From positions 7,687,260 to 7,751,259 of the forward strand of contig MU058844.1 in assembly GCA_013265495.1 (NCBI GenBank): a DNA stretch of 64,000 nucleotides. Direction: 5' to 3'. Below the pieces are notes generated by a model. The model ran no database searches. It was given only the letters and a program-made list of their open reading frames with translations, and was not told the DNA's origin. Of the stretch, positions 11,726 to 24,899 are shown piece after piece. This stretch comes from Vicugna vicugna (lineage: Eukaryota). Made by a program: the position numbers and the translations under genes. The stretch's first letter is position 1. Every line of letters starts with the position of its first letter.

Positions 11726-14700
11726 ATGTAAAATTATATTAAAATATAAAACGATTAAACTTCTTAAATTGGGGAAATGAAAAAATATTGCTGCTACTGA
11801 GAAAACATTAAATCCAATGAATTATCCAAAACTTTGCCCTCAGTCAAGTGCCAGTTTGATTAATCTTCTCAATTGAATGATCAAATTATGAAGGAAAAAT
11901 GTATAAAGTGTTGAGAAGAGTTTGTGTCTAAATTATTTATAATACTGTTAGCTCTCAGGAGACAGAATCAAACCACCACTCATCATACAAATCTCTTAGT
12001 ATTAAATAAAAAGAACGTGTTACTTTCTTCTAATTCAACTGTTCTTCCAAATGCTTATTTAATCATCAGTACATTCTCTAAAACAAAATGGAGACTTTTT
12101 TTGCATGTTCAAATCAAAACGCATTGCAAGATAGTCACGTAATTCACAATTTTTAGGCCATTTAGTTTTCTTTCTTCCTCCAGATAGTCCCAAGTGAACA
12201 ATGTATTTTTATTTCTTCCAGAGTAAAATAAATTTCATTATCTTTCTTTTTTTAAGTGACTCTGCCTTTCACAAGTCATAATCTAGAATACAATTCTGTT
12301 TTAAAGGTAAGCTATAATTTAAGAAATTCTGATGGTTGATTTGAGTTTAATTCTTAAATGTACACTGGCCTTTTTCTCAAATATCCATGATTGTCAGTGA
12401 ATATCTATAGACGTCAAAATCTTTAAAGGATGAGAGCTATCAGTAAGATAAGCAACCACGTCACTAAAGCTATGGAACTGCGTCATGGTGGCACAGATCA
12501 ACCACACGTTCTCCTGCCCACTGCCCACTCCCTGGTAAAGCACGACACAGGAGCAACACAGGAGTGCTACGGAAGGGAGAGCACGCAGATCACCCCTGGT
12601 TCTCTTTTGTACAGGTGAGGGTCCCCCTGCTCGAGGAGACAATGTGCATAGCTCAAGGACACAAACAGTTTAGACTTTTTACAGCTGGAGTTCACTTTAC
12701 AAAACAGGAGGTCTGTTACTATTGTCTCTTGCCACTACAAACTTACACTTTATTTCTTTCTTACAAAAATCTCATCTGCCTTTATTATCAAAATGTAGTT
12801 ACAAACTCTAAAGTATCTTTTCATAAGATGGTTCTGATGTCAGCTGTAAGTTGTGTTCTCTGTTTAAAACAAGAAGGAGGGAAGGAAGAGGGGGGAAAAA
12901 AGTTCCGCAAGTGACTCTGAGCCTTGAATTGTGCCTTCATCATCTGTAGCAAATTGGAACAAGCCATCAGGACACTACGAGTCTCCTCAGAAAGAGAATT
13001 AAAGTTTCAGAGATCAGCATGGTATGAATCATCTTGGAATGAGAAAAAGCAGTCTGCTTAAATAGGAGGAATTATAAGGAATTCATAGCATCTTTAACTC
13101 AACAGTTTGAACAAGAAAAGATCAGAGTGTAATTTCCACCCACAGTATTTGAAACCTTAATTTTGGTTCATCTTTGGAAGGCAAATTTTGAACAAGGAAT
13201 CTGAAACAGTTCTTCCTTTTATTTTACTACCACTCCTCTTGAAAAAATAGGACTTAACCAGAATCTTTTCTTCTCAGAATCTAAGTCCTTGTTTGTTTGG
13301 TGTTTTTTTTAATGTATAATAATTCATTTAAAATGAAGAAAAATCAGTATTTCAAATACTAGTGTGAGAACATTGTCTGGAATGCTAATTCCTCATTAAT
13401 ATTTGTAAGATTACTATGCAAAAAATTCGTCATTGAAAATGTTTTAAGGTCACACGTGTCATGTGCTAGTCAACTCACTGTTTTTCCAAAGAATTCCCCT
13501 TTGGTTTTCCTTACTTAACAGACAGGAAAGCTCTTGATTTAATAGCTGAAGACTTCACAAATGGCTGATTTTGCATCACAAATCGTACCGTCTCTTCCAG
13601 TAAAAGAGAGCAGAACCTATATAATCCATCGCTGTTCTGACATTTCATGATTTATTACAATTTACTGCATTATTTACATGCATTTGGAATGTTATCAGTG
13701 TTTTACAACTTTAATTGTTATACGTAACACTCAGTTTTGTTTGGAATTACCTTACAAATTTCCACACTAACGTTTTAAGGTCCCCATATCAAATTCCACA
13801 AGCCTCCACGATGCTGTTCCCATCGTCCAAATAAAAAACAACATATAACAAATTTGAGAGCTGGCACATTGGTTAAATGTTTCATTGCCAATTATGAAGT
13901 TCTAACTAAACAACTTTTCTTTTTTTAAGCCAAGACTTCATCATAATTAAAGATGTTACAGAAATCTGACTCAGCAAGCTTAGAAGCAATTTAGGAAAGC
14001 AAAATTAAAAAAAAAAAAATAAATGAGCAGTTTGCATGTTTTTCTCCTCTAGTTCACTGCCACAGTGGTGGGAAAATAGACAGTTTATGGATTATGGTGG
14101 TCTCATCATTTCTAGTATATCAACCGACTGACCAAAGTCTCCAGAAACTTTCATGGTTCATGAAGTTTTAAATTACAAATTACAAATTCTCACATCATCC
14201 ATCTTTCAATTTATAGCAGCTGGAGCAAAAATCTACTTCTAAACAATTAGCTCAGAAAGTGCTGGCCCCTTTTTGTTTGATTCCATCAGTATCATTCTTC
14301 AATGTGGATCCTAAGTCTCTAAGCCAATTCCCTCGACCACTTCTCAAAAGAGTTGCAAATATTTGCTCTCTTGGACTCATTATTCACTGACAGATATTTT
14401 GATAGCATTAGCTTACATTGATCACAAATGTTTCATAGCTTTTGTGTTTTTGTTTGTGTGTTGACTTTTTTTTTTTTGAGAGGGAAAACATTACAGTGAA
14501 TTACACGAGAAAGAAATGAAACATACCACATAATCATCAACTGGCTATGAAACAAATCAAAGTGTATGACTCAAGGGCATACCCTAATTTCCTGCTCATT
14601 GGTTTGTATTTTATGACCTGAAAGGGTGAATATAAGATAGTTGCTGCTTAGGTATCAAAAACATATATAATTACGTTCTCAGCTTATGTGATGTCTCAGA

Positions 14701-14809
14701 ACTGATCTTAATGACCAATCCTGACTCCCTGAAATACTCCTTTATCTTCTTTTCTGTAATATATTTTCTTAATTTTTTTTTTGCTTTTTTTTTTTGGGTG
14801 TAGGGGTGG

Positions 14810-16235
14810 GGGTCCCCTTTACTGGTCATTCCTTCTCTACCATGTTCCATTGCTGAGTTTCTCTGTGTTTGGTGTTGACCCCTCTACCTGGAAGTTGTAC
14901 CTGTTCCCATAGTTTGAAATATTATTTTTATGCTGACAACTCCAAAACTACCTCCTACTACTAACACCTCTCCTTGGATTGCAGGCACTCCTACCCAATT
15001 TTCTATATAGTATATATTATATTTATATAGGATGTTTTGCAGCCATCTCAAATGAATTACATCCCAAACCAAATTCTTACCTCCCAGCCTTCTGCAAATT
15101 GTTCTCTCCCAGTCTTTTCTAAGCATATGGGGAACCATCACATGCCCAAATTACTGAAAGTGATATCACACAGGTGATAATGCTAGAAAATTGGGAACAA
15201 TCCTAAATTCCTTTCTCTTCCTCACCACTCACATTCAATCTGTCAGCATAGCCCATGATCTCTGCCTCAAAAATACATCTTGATAATATCCACTTTTCTT
15301 CAGATCATCTCCCACCATTATGGGAGAAGCCCCTTCCAGGGCTACTAAAGTAGCTTCCTTACTGGTGTCTCTGCTTTTCCTGTGGTCTTCTCCCAACCTA
15401 TTGTTACACAACAGGCAATTAAACATAAACCAGATCAGGGCAGGCCTCTTTGTAAAATCCTTTAACATTTCCCTGTTGCACTTCAAATCAAATGTTCCAA
15501 TGTCAGCCTACAAGTCTTGAAAAGTATGACTCTTGGTTATGTCTACAATTCTATATACCTTCTTAATTACTACCAGCATCATTTCATCTCCTAGAATATA
15601 CCACTTCTTCCTACTTAGGGACATAATACATATTTTTCATTATACCTGAAATGCTACTGTTCTCCAGGATCTGAACATGTTGGCTCTGCCACATCCTTCA
15701 AGTCTCAATTTAAATGTCACCTCATCAGTGAGACCTTCCCTAAGCACCTTGTCCATGCCGTTACACTCTCGACGTTCTCTAGTCAGATAAGCTTAAACAT
15801 GAAGACTATGAACTCCACCCTAGCTCCTATCTCAGCCTTACAACTCTTCCTACCTACCGTAGAACACTGGACAACTCACTTGACCTTTTTGTGCCTCGGT
15901 TTCCTCATTTTCAGAGCACAAATAACAATACTACCCACCTCACAGGACACTGCAAACATTAATGAGTCAACACAGAGAACTGATTCTGGCACAGTTCTGC
16001 CAATGTTCAATTCATGTCAGTTTCCTTCAGAGAATTTCACAATTTGCAATTGCTCATTTTTTCGTTTGCTTCATTTTGTTTTAGTTCCTAGTCAGTGTGC
16101 TCTAGAGAACTAAAAACTCTCTTAAGCAGGATCTATTTATATGTGTTCTTTGTTATATCATTGTAAACTCAGTGACAAATATAATATCCAGCACACAGTA
16201 GATGTGCAGTAAACTCTTATTGAATCAAGAAATCA
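14810..16235 (+). mobile_element. L2 3' region interrupted by a MIR (about 15790-16015)
   Basis: catctcaaatgaattacatcccaaaccaaattctt; aaatgtcacctcatcagtgagaccttccct; L2 tail cagcacacagtagatgtgcagtaaactcttattgaat; MIR core gtgcctcggtttcctcatttt. Confidence 0.8.
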
Positions 16236-17199
16236 TTTTTGAATGGGTTAGAAAACTCACATTTAAAGATACATCTGGTTTTGTTTTCCCTTGGACTATA
16301 GGGGGAAAATGTGATTGCTTTAACCGTATATTAATCATTCACTGATGATTAACATACATATACATGTAAAGAATTATAGTTTATTATATAACTATTGTTT
16401 TTAATACTAAATTCGCTCTTACAAAGTTCAAAGTGTTTTAGCTGGGAGTCACCAGATCCATTTGCACATCATTTTCTATTTATTCTCTACTTTTATCTTT
16501 GAATAAGCCTTATCTTTTAATATCTAGCTTCTCTATTTTCTATAGCTTCAGGAGCTTTCACTATAGGTATTCGGACCACTTCTGATCTTTCAAAGACACC
16601 AATACTACGGTTTAAAGGCCTGCAAAACTGAAGCCAAAGCTCCATGTTACCGTTGCTGTTGCTGCTGAAATTGCAACACTTTGTCTTGACCTCTGCATAC
16701 TTGAGCTCTGCCAAACAATGTTTCAGGCTTTAGATCGCAGGGTTTTTGTGACTCTTTGTTTTCTTCTGTATTTACTTTGAAGTTTGTCTTTGACCATCTC
16801 CTATCCTGACATAGGTCTCAGGGTTTCCCATCTTCAAAAGGACTGAACTCTCAGCCTTATGTTCGTTGTGTGACCTGTCTTCCTCTGGGTTTCCTGAAAA
16901 CAGTGACTACACTCACCCCTGCCATGCCCTGAAAAACCTTCATCAAGCCTCTTACTCATCGAATCTGCTCTGACTGTACCACTGTATTGGTCTATTTTAT
17001 CTTTAGTTTTCCTTGCTTGATAAAGTAATACACCAGGAGGAGTTAGATGTCATGTTCAAAAACAAAAAAAAAGTAGCCCTGGAAATAACTTACTTCCTTC
17101 TTATAACCCCTGTCTCATCTGGATACCAAGCTATAATTTTACCCTGGCATGCATAAAATTACCTTCAAGTTAAACAGAACTTAGATATATTCATTTTTA

Positions 17200-18420
17200 G
17201 CACTTCCATTATGTCATTTGTTTTGGTGCAGTTAAAAAAACTATATATGAAGGGAGATCACAGCAAAGGAAACACACATGATAAATAAGGGAAAAAACCT
17301 TGCTTGCCTGTAGTCATTATTAAAGAAATACCTATTGAGACAACAATGGGATTCCAATTTTTCACTTATTTGATGGGAAAGGATTATTAAGTTTGATGAA
17401 ACCTACAATGGACACAAGAGTGCATCATTGGCTGAAGTATAAATTGAGGTTCTCATTTTGGAGAAAAATTTGGAAATAGCAGGAAAAGTTAAAATGCACG
17501 TATACGTTTACCCAGCATTTGTACTTCTAATAATTTACCTAGCAAACAGCAAAATGCGTAAGTTTATGAAGATATATGCACAAGGAACTAGCAAGAATTT
17601 TTTTCCTGTTCTGTTCTTTCAGTAGCGTTGATACCCCATACTCTGACAGCAGCATGTGACCCAAAATTGAACCATCAGAGAATCACTTTCCATGAACCCA
17701 GCAACTGATTAAGGGAAATGCTTATGAACCTATCAGACCCAAAGAGAGTAATTCCTACCACTTGTGCTTAAGGTAACAGAAGAGAATATTTCTCTTTTCT
17801 GCGGGTTTCCTGGGACAAGGCTCTAAGGCTGGAGCTGTTGGCAGCCATTCTGCCATCTTAAAAGGAGAGCCAGCCTAATGAGAGAATCAACCCAGAGGGG
17901 AGGCGAGCCAAAAGATGCAGAGAAGCCAGTCACAGACGACATTACTTGAGGCATCACACTCAAAATCGGCTGTACTCCTGATCTTTTTGAGCTGTGATGG
18001 GAAACTTCCTTTTTTCTTTAAGCCAGTTTTAACTGGGTTTTTATAACATTTTATTACCAAAAGAAGCCCAATAAAAATATAGTATTTTAGCACACAGAGA
18101 ATTTTAATGATGACAATTATGACATACTTATGTGGAAAACTAAATAGCTATTAAAGAGAATAAGATACAGCTACAGATGTTCCTATAGACAGACACACAT
18201 CCAGGATATGATAAAGTTCTAGAAACAAAGGTAGATCATAATGTCATTTAAAACATTTAGAAATGTATACATACATATATTTACATTGAAATAGTGAAAA
18301 GTGGTTATGATTTCTCATTTAATGGTATACTTTTTATTTTATACTCATCTGTACTGTTTATAAATATTTTACCATGAAGATGTACTTAAATTTATAATAA
18401 AGGTTATATTAAAATAATAA
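17200..18420 (+). mobile_element. L1ME-type 3' fragment interrupted by an MLT1J/K-like LTR (about 17610-18078)
   Basis: L1: aaaatgcacgtatacgtttacccagcatttgtacttcta. LTR: ggagctgttggcagccattctgccatc...tttaagccagttttaactgggtttt. Confidence 0.7.
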
Positions 18421-18659
18421 AGCATAGAAGCATCAAAACATGAAAGTACTATTTTTTTTCTAGCCTCAGTCAAGGTGAAATCAATCTACTATAGAAGAGG
18501 GAGAAAGATCTAATACCATTTACTATTCTTTTCTCTGCTCAGAAATTAATAGTGTATTTATCATACAGTTGTAACAAACTGAAACAGAAAATGAAGAAAG
18601 ATGTCAATGCATCAAGCCAAAATATTTTTATTTTTCTTTCTGTAGTCAATATCGTTGAT

Positions 18660-19127
18660 ATGGTATGGAGGACAGACATTAAGGTGGTCTCCATGATTCC
18701 ATCCCTGGCAGTCTTTCCCTTGAGTATGACCTGCTTCTAACCAATAGAATGTGGCAAATGTGATGGAATGTCACTCCCATGATGAAGTTACCTTACACAG
18801 GAGAAAGTGATGGAATGTCACTTTCGTGATTATGTAAGACTCAGTCTTGCTAGTCAGCTCACTCTCAAGTCTCTGGAGCTCCGTCTCTGTCTCAGTCACT
18901 GGTTTTGAAAATACAAGCTAACATGAATCCTACAGTCACAAGGAAACGAATTTTACCAATAACTTAAGGTAACCTGGAAGCAGATCTTTTGTTAGTAGAC
19001 CTTCCAAATGATAACCAGCTAAGGCATGCTGAAGCTTCTGACCCAGAGAAATTGTGGTAGTGAATGTGTGCTGTCTTCAGTCACCACATCTGCAGTAATT
19101 GGATACACAGCATAGAAAGCTAATACA
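18660..19127 (+). mobile_element. MLT1 (MaLR) LTR
   Basis: taaggtggtctccatgattcc...tgacctgcttctaaccaatagaatgtggcaaa...cagcatagaaagctaataca. Confidence 0.85.
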
Positions 19128-20739
19128 GATAAATTAGACTTGAGTTCCAAATTTCATGAAAAAGTTTTTGACATTTCCTTATATTTTAAGATAAAAATAT
19201 TCATTACATACCTGTTGGGAAACATCAATGTAATAAAGCTAAATATTTTTGAGTTGTTTATGAACTAAAAGGGGACAAATAGCAAAGAAAAACAGACACC
19301 AGGGACAAATTAAATTTTCTTTTCAGAACTTATAAAACCCAACTTTGCTATGCTAGTTCCTGGCATAAAACACAGGTCAACACTATTTTTCAAGCCTAAA
19401 ACAAAATTTTGGTGCTTTCTACTTAAAAAAACAAAAACAAAACAAAAAAACAGAGTACATAACACCCAATTTTAAAAATGGAGTGACAAGGGAGGATAAA
19501 ATAAACGCATACACACCAAAGGGAGATAGATGTAGAAACAGTTTGGCTCACATAAAAATTATTTCATATAATTTAGATCCTTGGCTTATAAATAATGCAA
19601 ATTTAAGGAAATATTCTATCCTGAGATGCATAGGTAAAGCTCTCAGTAATTTCAGAGGGAATTGTGCTTGCATACCTAAAGCCTAAATTTTCCCTCTAAA
19701 AAGCAACAACAAAAATATGCTTATGTTTATAGATACATTTAGAATATGTTGTTTTCTCTAATAATTTAGTAAATTACATATACTTAAACTCTGATTTTAG
19801 AACATAAAATAAGATCCTAATTCTGAATGGATTTTAATCAAGTCAGCCCTCATACAAAGTCTCATGTAAACACGTATTTTATGTGAAATATTTTTCTCCA
19901 GTAGAGTTCACATAAATACAGCCTCTCAGACTTTTTAGGAACTGTAGCAGAAAAAGAAAAAAAAATATTGATTAGGAATTTTTTTTCTTACAGCTTGTAT
20001 ATGTTTTCTTTTTCTTGGATTGTCTGCCCTGGTAGTTGAGGGATTTGAACAATTCTTTCCACAATGGTTAAAAGAGTCAGAGGTCAAAAGTTTCCAAGCA
20101 TGGACTAAACCTAAATAGCAAGAAAAATATCAAAATGTATGCAAAAATATACAGAAATGTTATTGATCTCATAAAAGCAAAACATACCAGAAATTTGCCT
20201 TAAGAAAATAAACCTTGTGTTGGTCTAACAAAACCTATGAAGAAGTATGTAATAATCATATAAACTGCCTTAAAAATCTGTTTTGTTTTTTAAGCCATAC
20301 ACATAGAATGAACAGTATCAGGCCCAGAAAAAATCTAATGTCCTGTTCAGAATGATAATAAAATGGAGGAACACAGACAGTAGCCAGTCTCATTTAGAGA
20401 ACGGAACACAACTTAGTGGAAAAACTGACAATTAAAAAAAAAAATCAAAGCAAGGCTGTGTGTAAAAGTTTCCAGAATGAACTGGAGAACTGAATTAATT
20501 TTCTGGATAATTAAAGCTTAAAAATGTAAATCTTTCTGCCCCATTGTTTAGGAACTTCAGGGAAACTTTTACTTGGAATTTTCACTTTATGTAACTGGGC
20601 AGTTATATTCCCTGAATTAGCGTTTCTCCACACAGAGACCGAGTAAAGACTTTACTCAAGGGTTGAGAGTAATTAAAGGGAACTACAACACAGACACAGA
20701 AATATCTTAAACTGCATACTTCACAGAACCTCCCAGGTC

Positions 20740-21475
20740 TCTGGAAGCATTATAAGGAATTGAGGCTTGATTCTAAGACTAAGAGAAGCCATCCATAGAA
20801 TTATACTTGCGTCTTGGAAAATTTGCTCTGGCTGAAGTATGGAGAATTAGTCAGAACAAAGCTAGAGGGGCAGTAATATAGACAGATGCCAAGGTGAGAG
20901 AACACGTGTGTGCTACCGCTTTCTCTCTTCTGTGCTCCAACTAATTTGCTCTGCTTCCTTTTCTCTTCGTTCATATTTTCAGTTCAAGTGTCATCCTTTC
21001 TATGAAACAACTTCATAAAATTCCAGCTTGTTCTGTAAAGTTAACCATTCCTGCTTTTGTGCCCCGTTAAACTCGGGATATGTTTCTACCCTGGTACACA
21101 AACCACCGAAATGCCCTGAGTTGTGTACGCACATTTGTCCTTCTCCTAGTCGATAAATTCTTAATGAAATTTGTTTTCTGTTTTCAGGATCTAACACAAT
21201 GTTTGGACTTGTGCTACTCAAGAAAGTTCTGATTGACATAGGAAACAATTAGTTTGCTACTATTTTCATACCCTCCCTAAAGACTGTTCTTAAAAAGACA
21301 TTTTGAAAATAGCCATTTGGGCAAATATGAATGAGCTATTTCAACAGCACAGTAATTTAAGTTGCTAAAGGAAGGTGTCTTGTGTGTTGTTCACACTGTG
21401 TCTGATGGACCTGGAACAATGTCTGGCATATGGTAGGCATTCAATCAATACTTGAAAAATAAATAAAAGAATGAT
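20740..21475. mobile_element. L2 fragments (both orientations)
   Basis: L2 tail acaatgtctggcatatggtaggcattcaatcaatacttgaa at 21416-21460; gagaagccatcc...ttgctctggctgaagtatggagaat near 20800. Confidence 0.6.
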
Positions 21476-21559
21476 TTTTTAAATTCAAGTACCAGCTTTT
21501 CCCTTCCTTTTGAGAGTGTCATCTACCATTTGTATACTTGGAAAACATAATTCACATCT

Positions 21560-22200
21560 ACTTTTAGGGTCTTCATTTATTTACCAGCTACAATATGGAG
21601 CCATTGACTAAGATATCCATCACTAATGGTGCTTCTACTTCTGAAGGGGTAGTGTAGAGTAAGACACATTTTTCTCTCCTGCCACGAAACTACTATGCAG
21701 TCTTGAAAATGGAAAAATGGTAGATGTGATATTCTGATTACCTTGGTCTGAAGAAAAGGCATTCAAAAATATTAAACAAATGAGATCACTACTAGATTCT
21801 GTAACAATAATCAGCAGAAGTTTTAAAGCCACAGAATTAGCTTTTCTGAATTCAAAATGAGGCTAGTATCTTCTTACCCTGAAAGTCTGACATTACATGC
21901 AGGTCATAACGTATGTGGAAATTCCATAAGGTTTTCACATGGAGGCCAGTGCAAAACTCCGTTTTAATATATAACCCTTCTATTCCTTCTCTCTCAGTGG
22001 CTTCCACATAATTTTTAAAAACAGTTGCCCCTCTGTCTCTAACCACCGCCCAAAAGGAATTTTAGTATAAACTGCATGGTTTTCCTTGGAAACATCAATG
22101 AAAACATGAATGATCAAATCTACACTATCCCTAGCTTCCTGCCCCACAAGCAGTCTGGATAAAATAGCTACTCAACTCACTCTTTTTACCTGTGCTAATT
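21560..22200 (-). mobile_element. Possible hAT (Charlie-like) transposase fossil
   Basis: RWL..RGNCF (from 22048), LHV..FQGKK (21884-21870) and VA.KLLL, in the order and approximate spacing of RWLSRG...LNL.LQGK...AF..KL.L. Confidence 0.38.
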
Positions 22201-22232
22201 ACAACAGTGTTTCATAAATTTACTTATCAATA

Positions 22233-22705
22233 TGTGAACGAAAAATACTGCAAACCATAACAGTAAACAAAGAATGCTGAAAGCATCAAGTCATCAGTGG
22301 ATGTCCCCCCCCACCCCCCTGAAGACGAGCCTGCAGCCCAGCCCCTGCAGCCACTCACAATGGTGCACTCTGAGGGGACTCAGAATAAGAACGGACAGGA
22401 TACTGGCCCTAGGTGCTTGTCAAAGGAATGAATTCAATGAGCCCAAATGTTTGCTTCCTCACATATATAGAAAAGCACTAAATTCTTTAACTTCAGATGA
22501 CAGGTTTTCTTTAGCTAACAAGTAATCTTTTAATGTTCCAACTACCTGGTCTTTGTGTTAAAGTTCCTGTATATCCTAGCTCCTCCCCTACCTCTTTGGA
22601 GCAGTCCCTCAGAGCGATGGGAGAGGCTGTCATCCTGGATCGAGTCCTCCCGCCAAATAAAACATAACTCTCAACTTTTAGGCTGCTCATTTATTTCAGT
22701 CGACA
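22233..22705 (+). mobile_element. Class I ERV solo LTR (MER41-like), intact ends
   Basis: TG...CA ends with imperfect inverted termini (tgtgaacgaaa / tttcagtcgaca), AATAAA near 22657, and a 4-bp TSD aata at 22229-22232 and 22706-22709. Confidence 0.9.
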
Positions 22706-22979
22706 AATATAAACATATTGTTTCCTCTCATTTCTTCCTAAACATCTTTTTCAAGCTAAATTCAGGTGCCCAGTGTAAAAGGTTATACTTTATAACGTTT
22801 ATGGATGGTGTTGATTTCCATCAGGTTATCCTCATCTATCTTCCCTCGTCTCTTTCCTTGATCATGTAAATTATTAATCTTAAGCTCTGTGATTGCTTCC
22901 CTTAGGCAAAGAAAATGGAAACTCTCATTGTATGTTGGAGGCAATGGGGTCATTAGAGATGACTGCAGACACCTCTTCT

Positions 22980-23690
22980 CTGTTCCATTTCCATCACTCT
23001 CTCTGATGGTGCTACAGTCGCGGTGACCACACTGACTATTCTTACAAAGAAGAGTTCAAATCCCTTTCCAAAGTCATAGAGCAAGTTTGTGGCCCACTCT
23101 CTTATAAATGAATACAGAGTTGAGATGATTTTCCCTTAATCTCACTCATAGGTAAAGTCTTATGAAGCTTGTCTCTATCCACCCTGCCTCAGGATCTCTT
23201 TCTGCAGCTGGACACCCATTAAGAGGGTACTCTGTCGTCCAGAACGTCGGAGACCAGGAATGTCTGTGGTGTTGCAGTCGTCACAGATTAGGTTAAGTCA
23301 GTCTGGGCCCAGCAGCATCTGAAGAGGGCTCTGATTTATTTTTATCCTTATCAAGTGCCTGTTTTTGTTTTCCATCACGAAGCAAATTCCCTACCCATGA
23401 CTAACAACCCCTCCCTGTACCCACCTCAATTTCACAGTAATTCACATTCTTAGAAAATAGCCTCTGATAAGGAACTTTGCCAAAATCTAAATGAAGTGTA
23501 AATAACACATATTCCCTAGCCTGCACTAATCCGCTACTTTAGTTACCCACTCAAAGATCTTTAATAGTCAAGGATGATTTCCTTTTACAAAAACCAGGTT
23601 CACTTCCTACCAGAAGGTCATATTTATTTATACTTTCAACATTCTTACCTTTTATCACAGATTCTACTGGCTTATTGATTCCAAACTTTA
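22980..23690 (-). mobile_element. CR1/L3 LINE reverse-transcriptase fossil
   Basis: PGFCKRKS, FEWVTKVAD, YLHF, KVPYQRLFSK, SWVGNLLRDGKQK and LLGP, colinear with CR1 ORF2 (HGFCKGKS..FFEGVTK.VD..YLDF.KAFDKVPHQRL..WI.NWL.DRKQR..VLGP). Confidence 0.85.
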
Positions 23691-24899
23691 CACTAGATAA
23701 AACATATCTACTCTGAGAGAATTATTTACATTTAAAATGTCAACATAGACTTTAAAATTAGATTTATCTATCACTACTTCACATATTACTCATAGAAACC
23801 TTATAAAAAGGTATTTCAAGAAAGGAAAGTAAAATCACCCCAGTTTCCTCAGTCAAAACCAAGGCATGAGAAAACGAAATAAAGAGAATGTTTGTGACAA
23901 CATAGATTATTCAAAGACGTAATTCAAAGATAAGAGCTATCGCTACTGAGAATAAATTTCCCAAGACTAGAGATATTCAAGTACACAGTGCAGATAAACT
24001 CCAAGTGTCTGAGAAGGTGTAGAAACTGGGGAGAGAGAAAAAGAGCAAAAGAGTAGCAGACTATGTCAGATCACCTTTAGAATTCTGAGATTTTGTGACT
24101 CCATTCAATTGTCCCCTATTATCTTCACAGTCTGCTTATTTCACAAGTGTAACATTCTCCATAAAAAACAAAAATCAAACAGAAGGGGGAACTATGGTTA
24201 TTTTTTTATTTTATTTTTTTTTACATATTTCATGTAGTAAGTACTTAATTCTTTTCTAGAAAACTAGATTTTATTCTGTTTCTTATCTAGTAGCTTTGAA
24301 CATAATGTTAGTACCCTAGATTGTGTTTAAGAATAATGTTCTATCTATTTAAAACATTGCATTTAACATCATCTCAAGAGTTGAAGTTGTTTCATAAGTC
24401 ACAGCAATTCTTTCTAGGTCAAAACCTAGCAGACAATGGAACAAGTATCTCTTTCTCCTCTCATAATTAAATCTTTTTTGTGTGATTTTTCAATTATACA
24501 ATCCCCAAAAAAGCCATCTATAGCTTTTTGATTTGCACGAACACTCTAACATATTATTACTCTTTCCAAACTATTTTGACAATTAACTAGCCAATTGCTC
24601 TGCCCAATTAGAACTCAGAAATTCACATCTGCATTTGCCAATAATTTACCATTTCTTTCCTTCTAACTCTTTTTGCTATTTGAAATTAGCTTTTATTTAT
24701 TTGATTTTGATTTGATGGTTATCACAGTGGCATTGTGGTTATCACATTGGTTTCATATGGCATTTTTTAAAAACACTCAATATAAAGTGACAATAGAGTG
24801 TCTCTAATAACTGCCTGAGAGATTTAAATTCCCTTTCTTTTCCACTTTTATAAAGCCCATGCTAAATTAACATTTTCTTTCTGTTTCAGTTAACATTTT

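Noticed and set aside
18760..18831. Direct repeat gtgatggaatgtcact, 47-bp period
   Set aside because: Only two copies, internal to an MLT1 LTR; not CRISPR-like.
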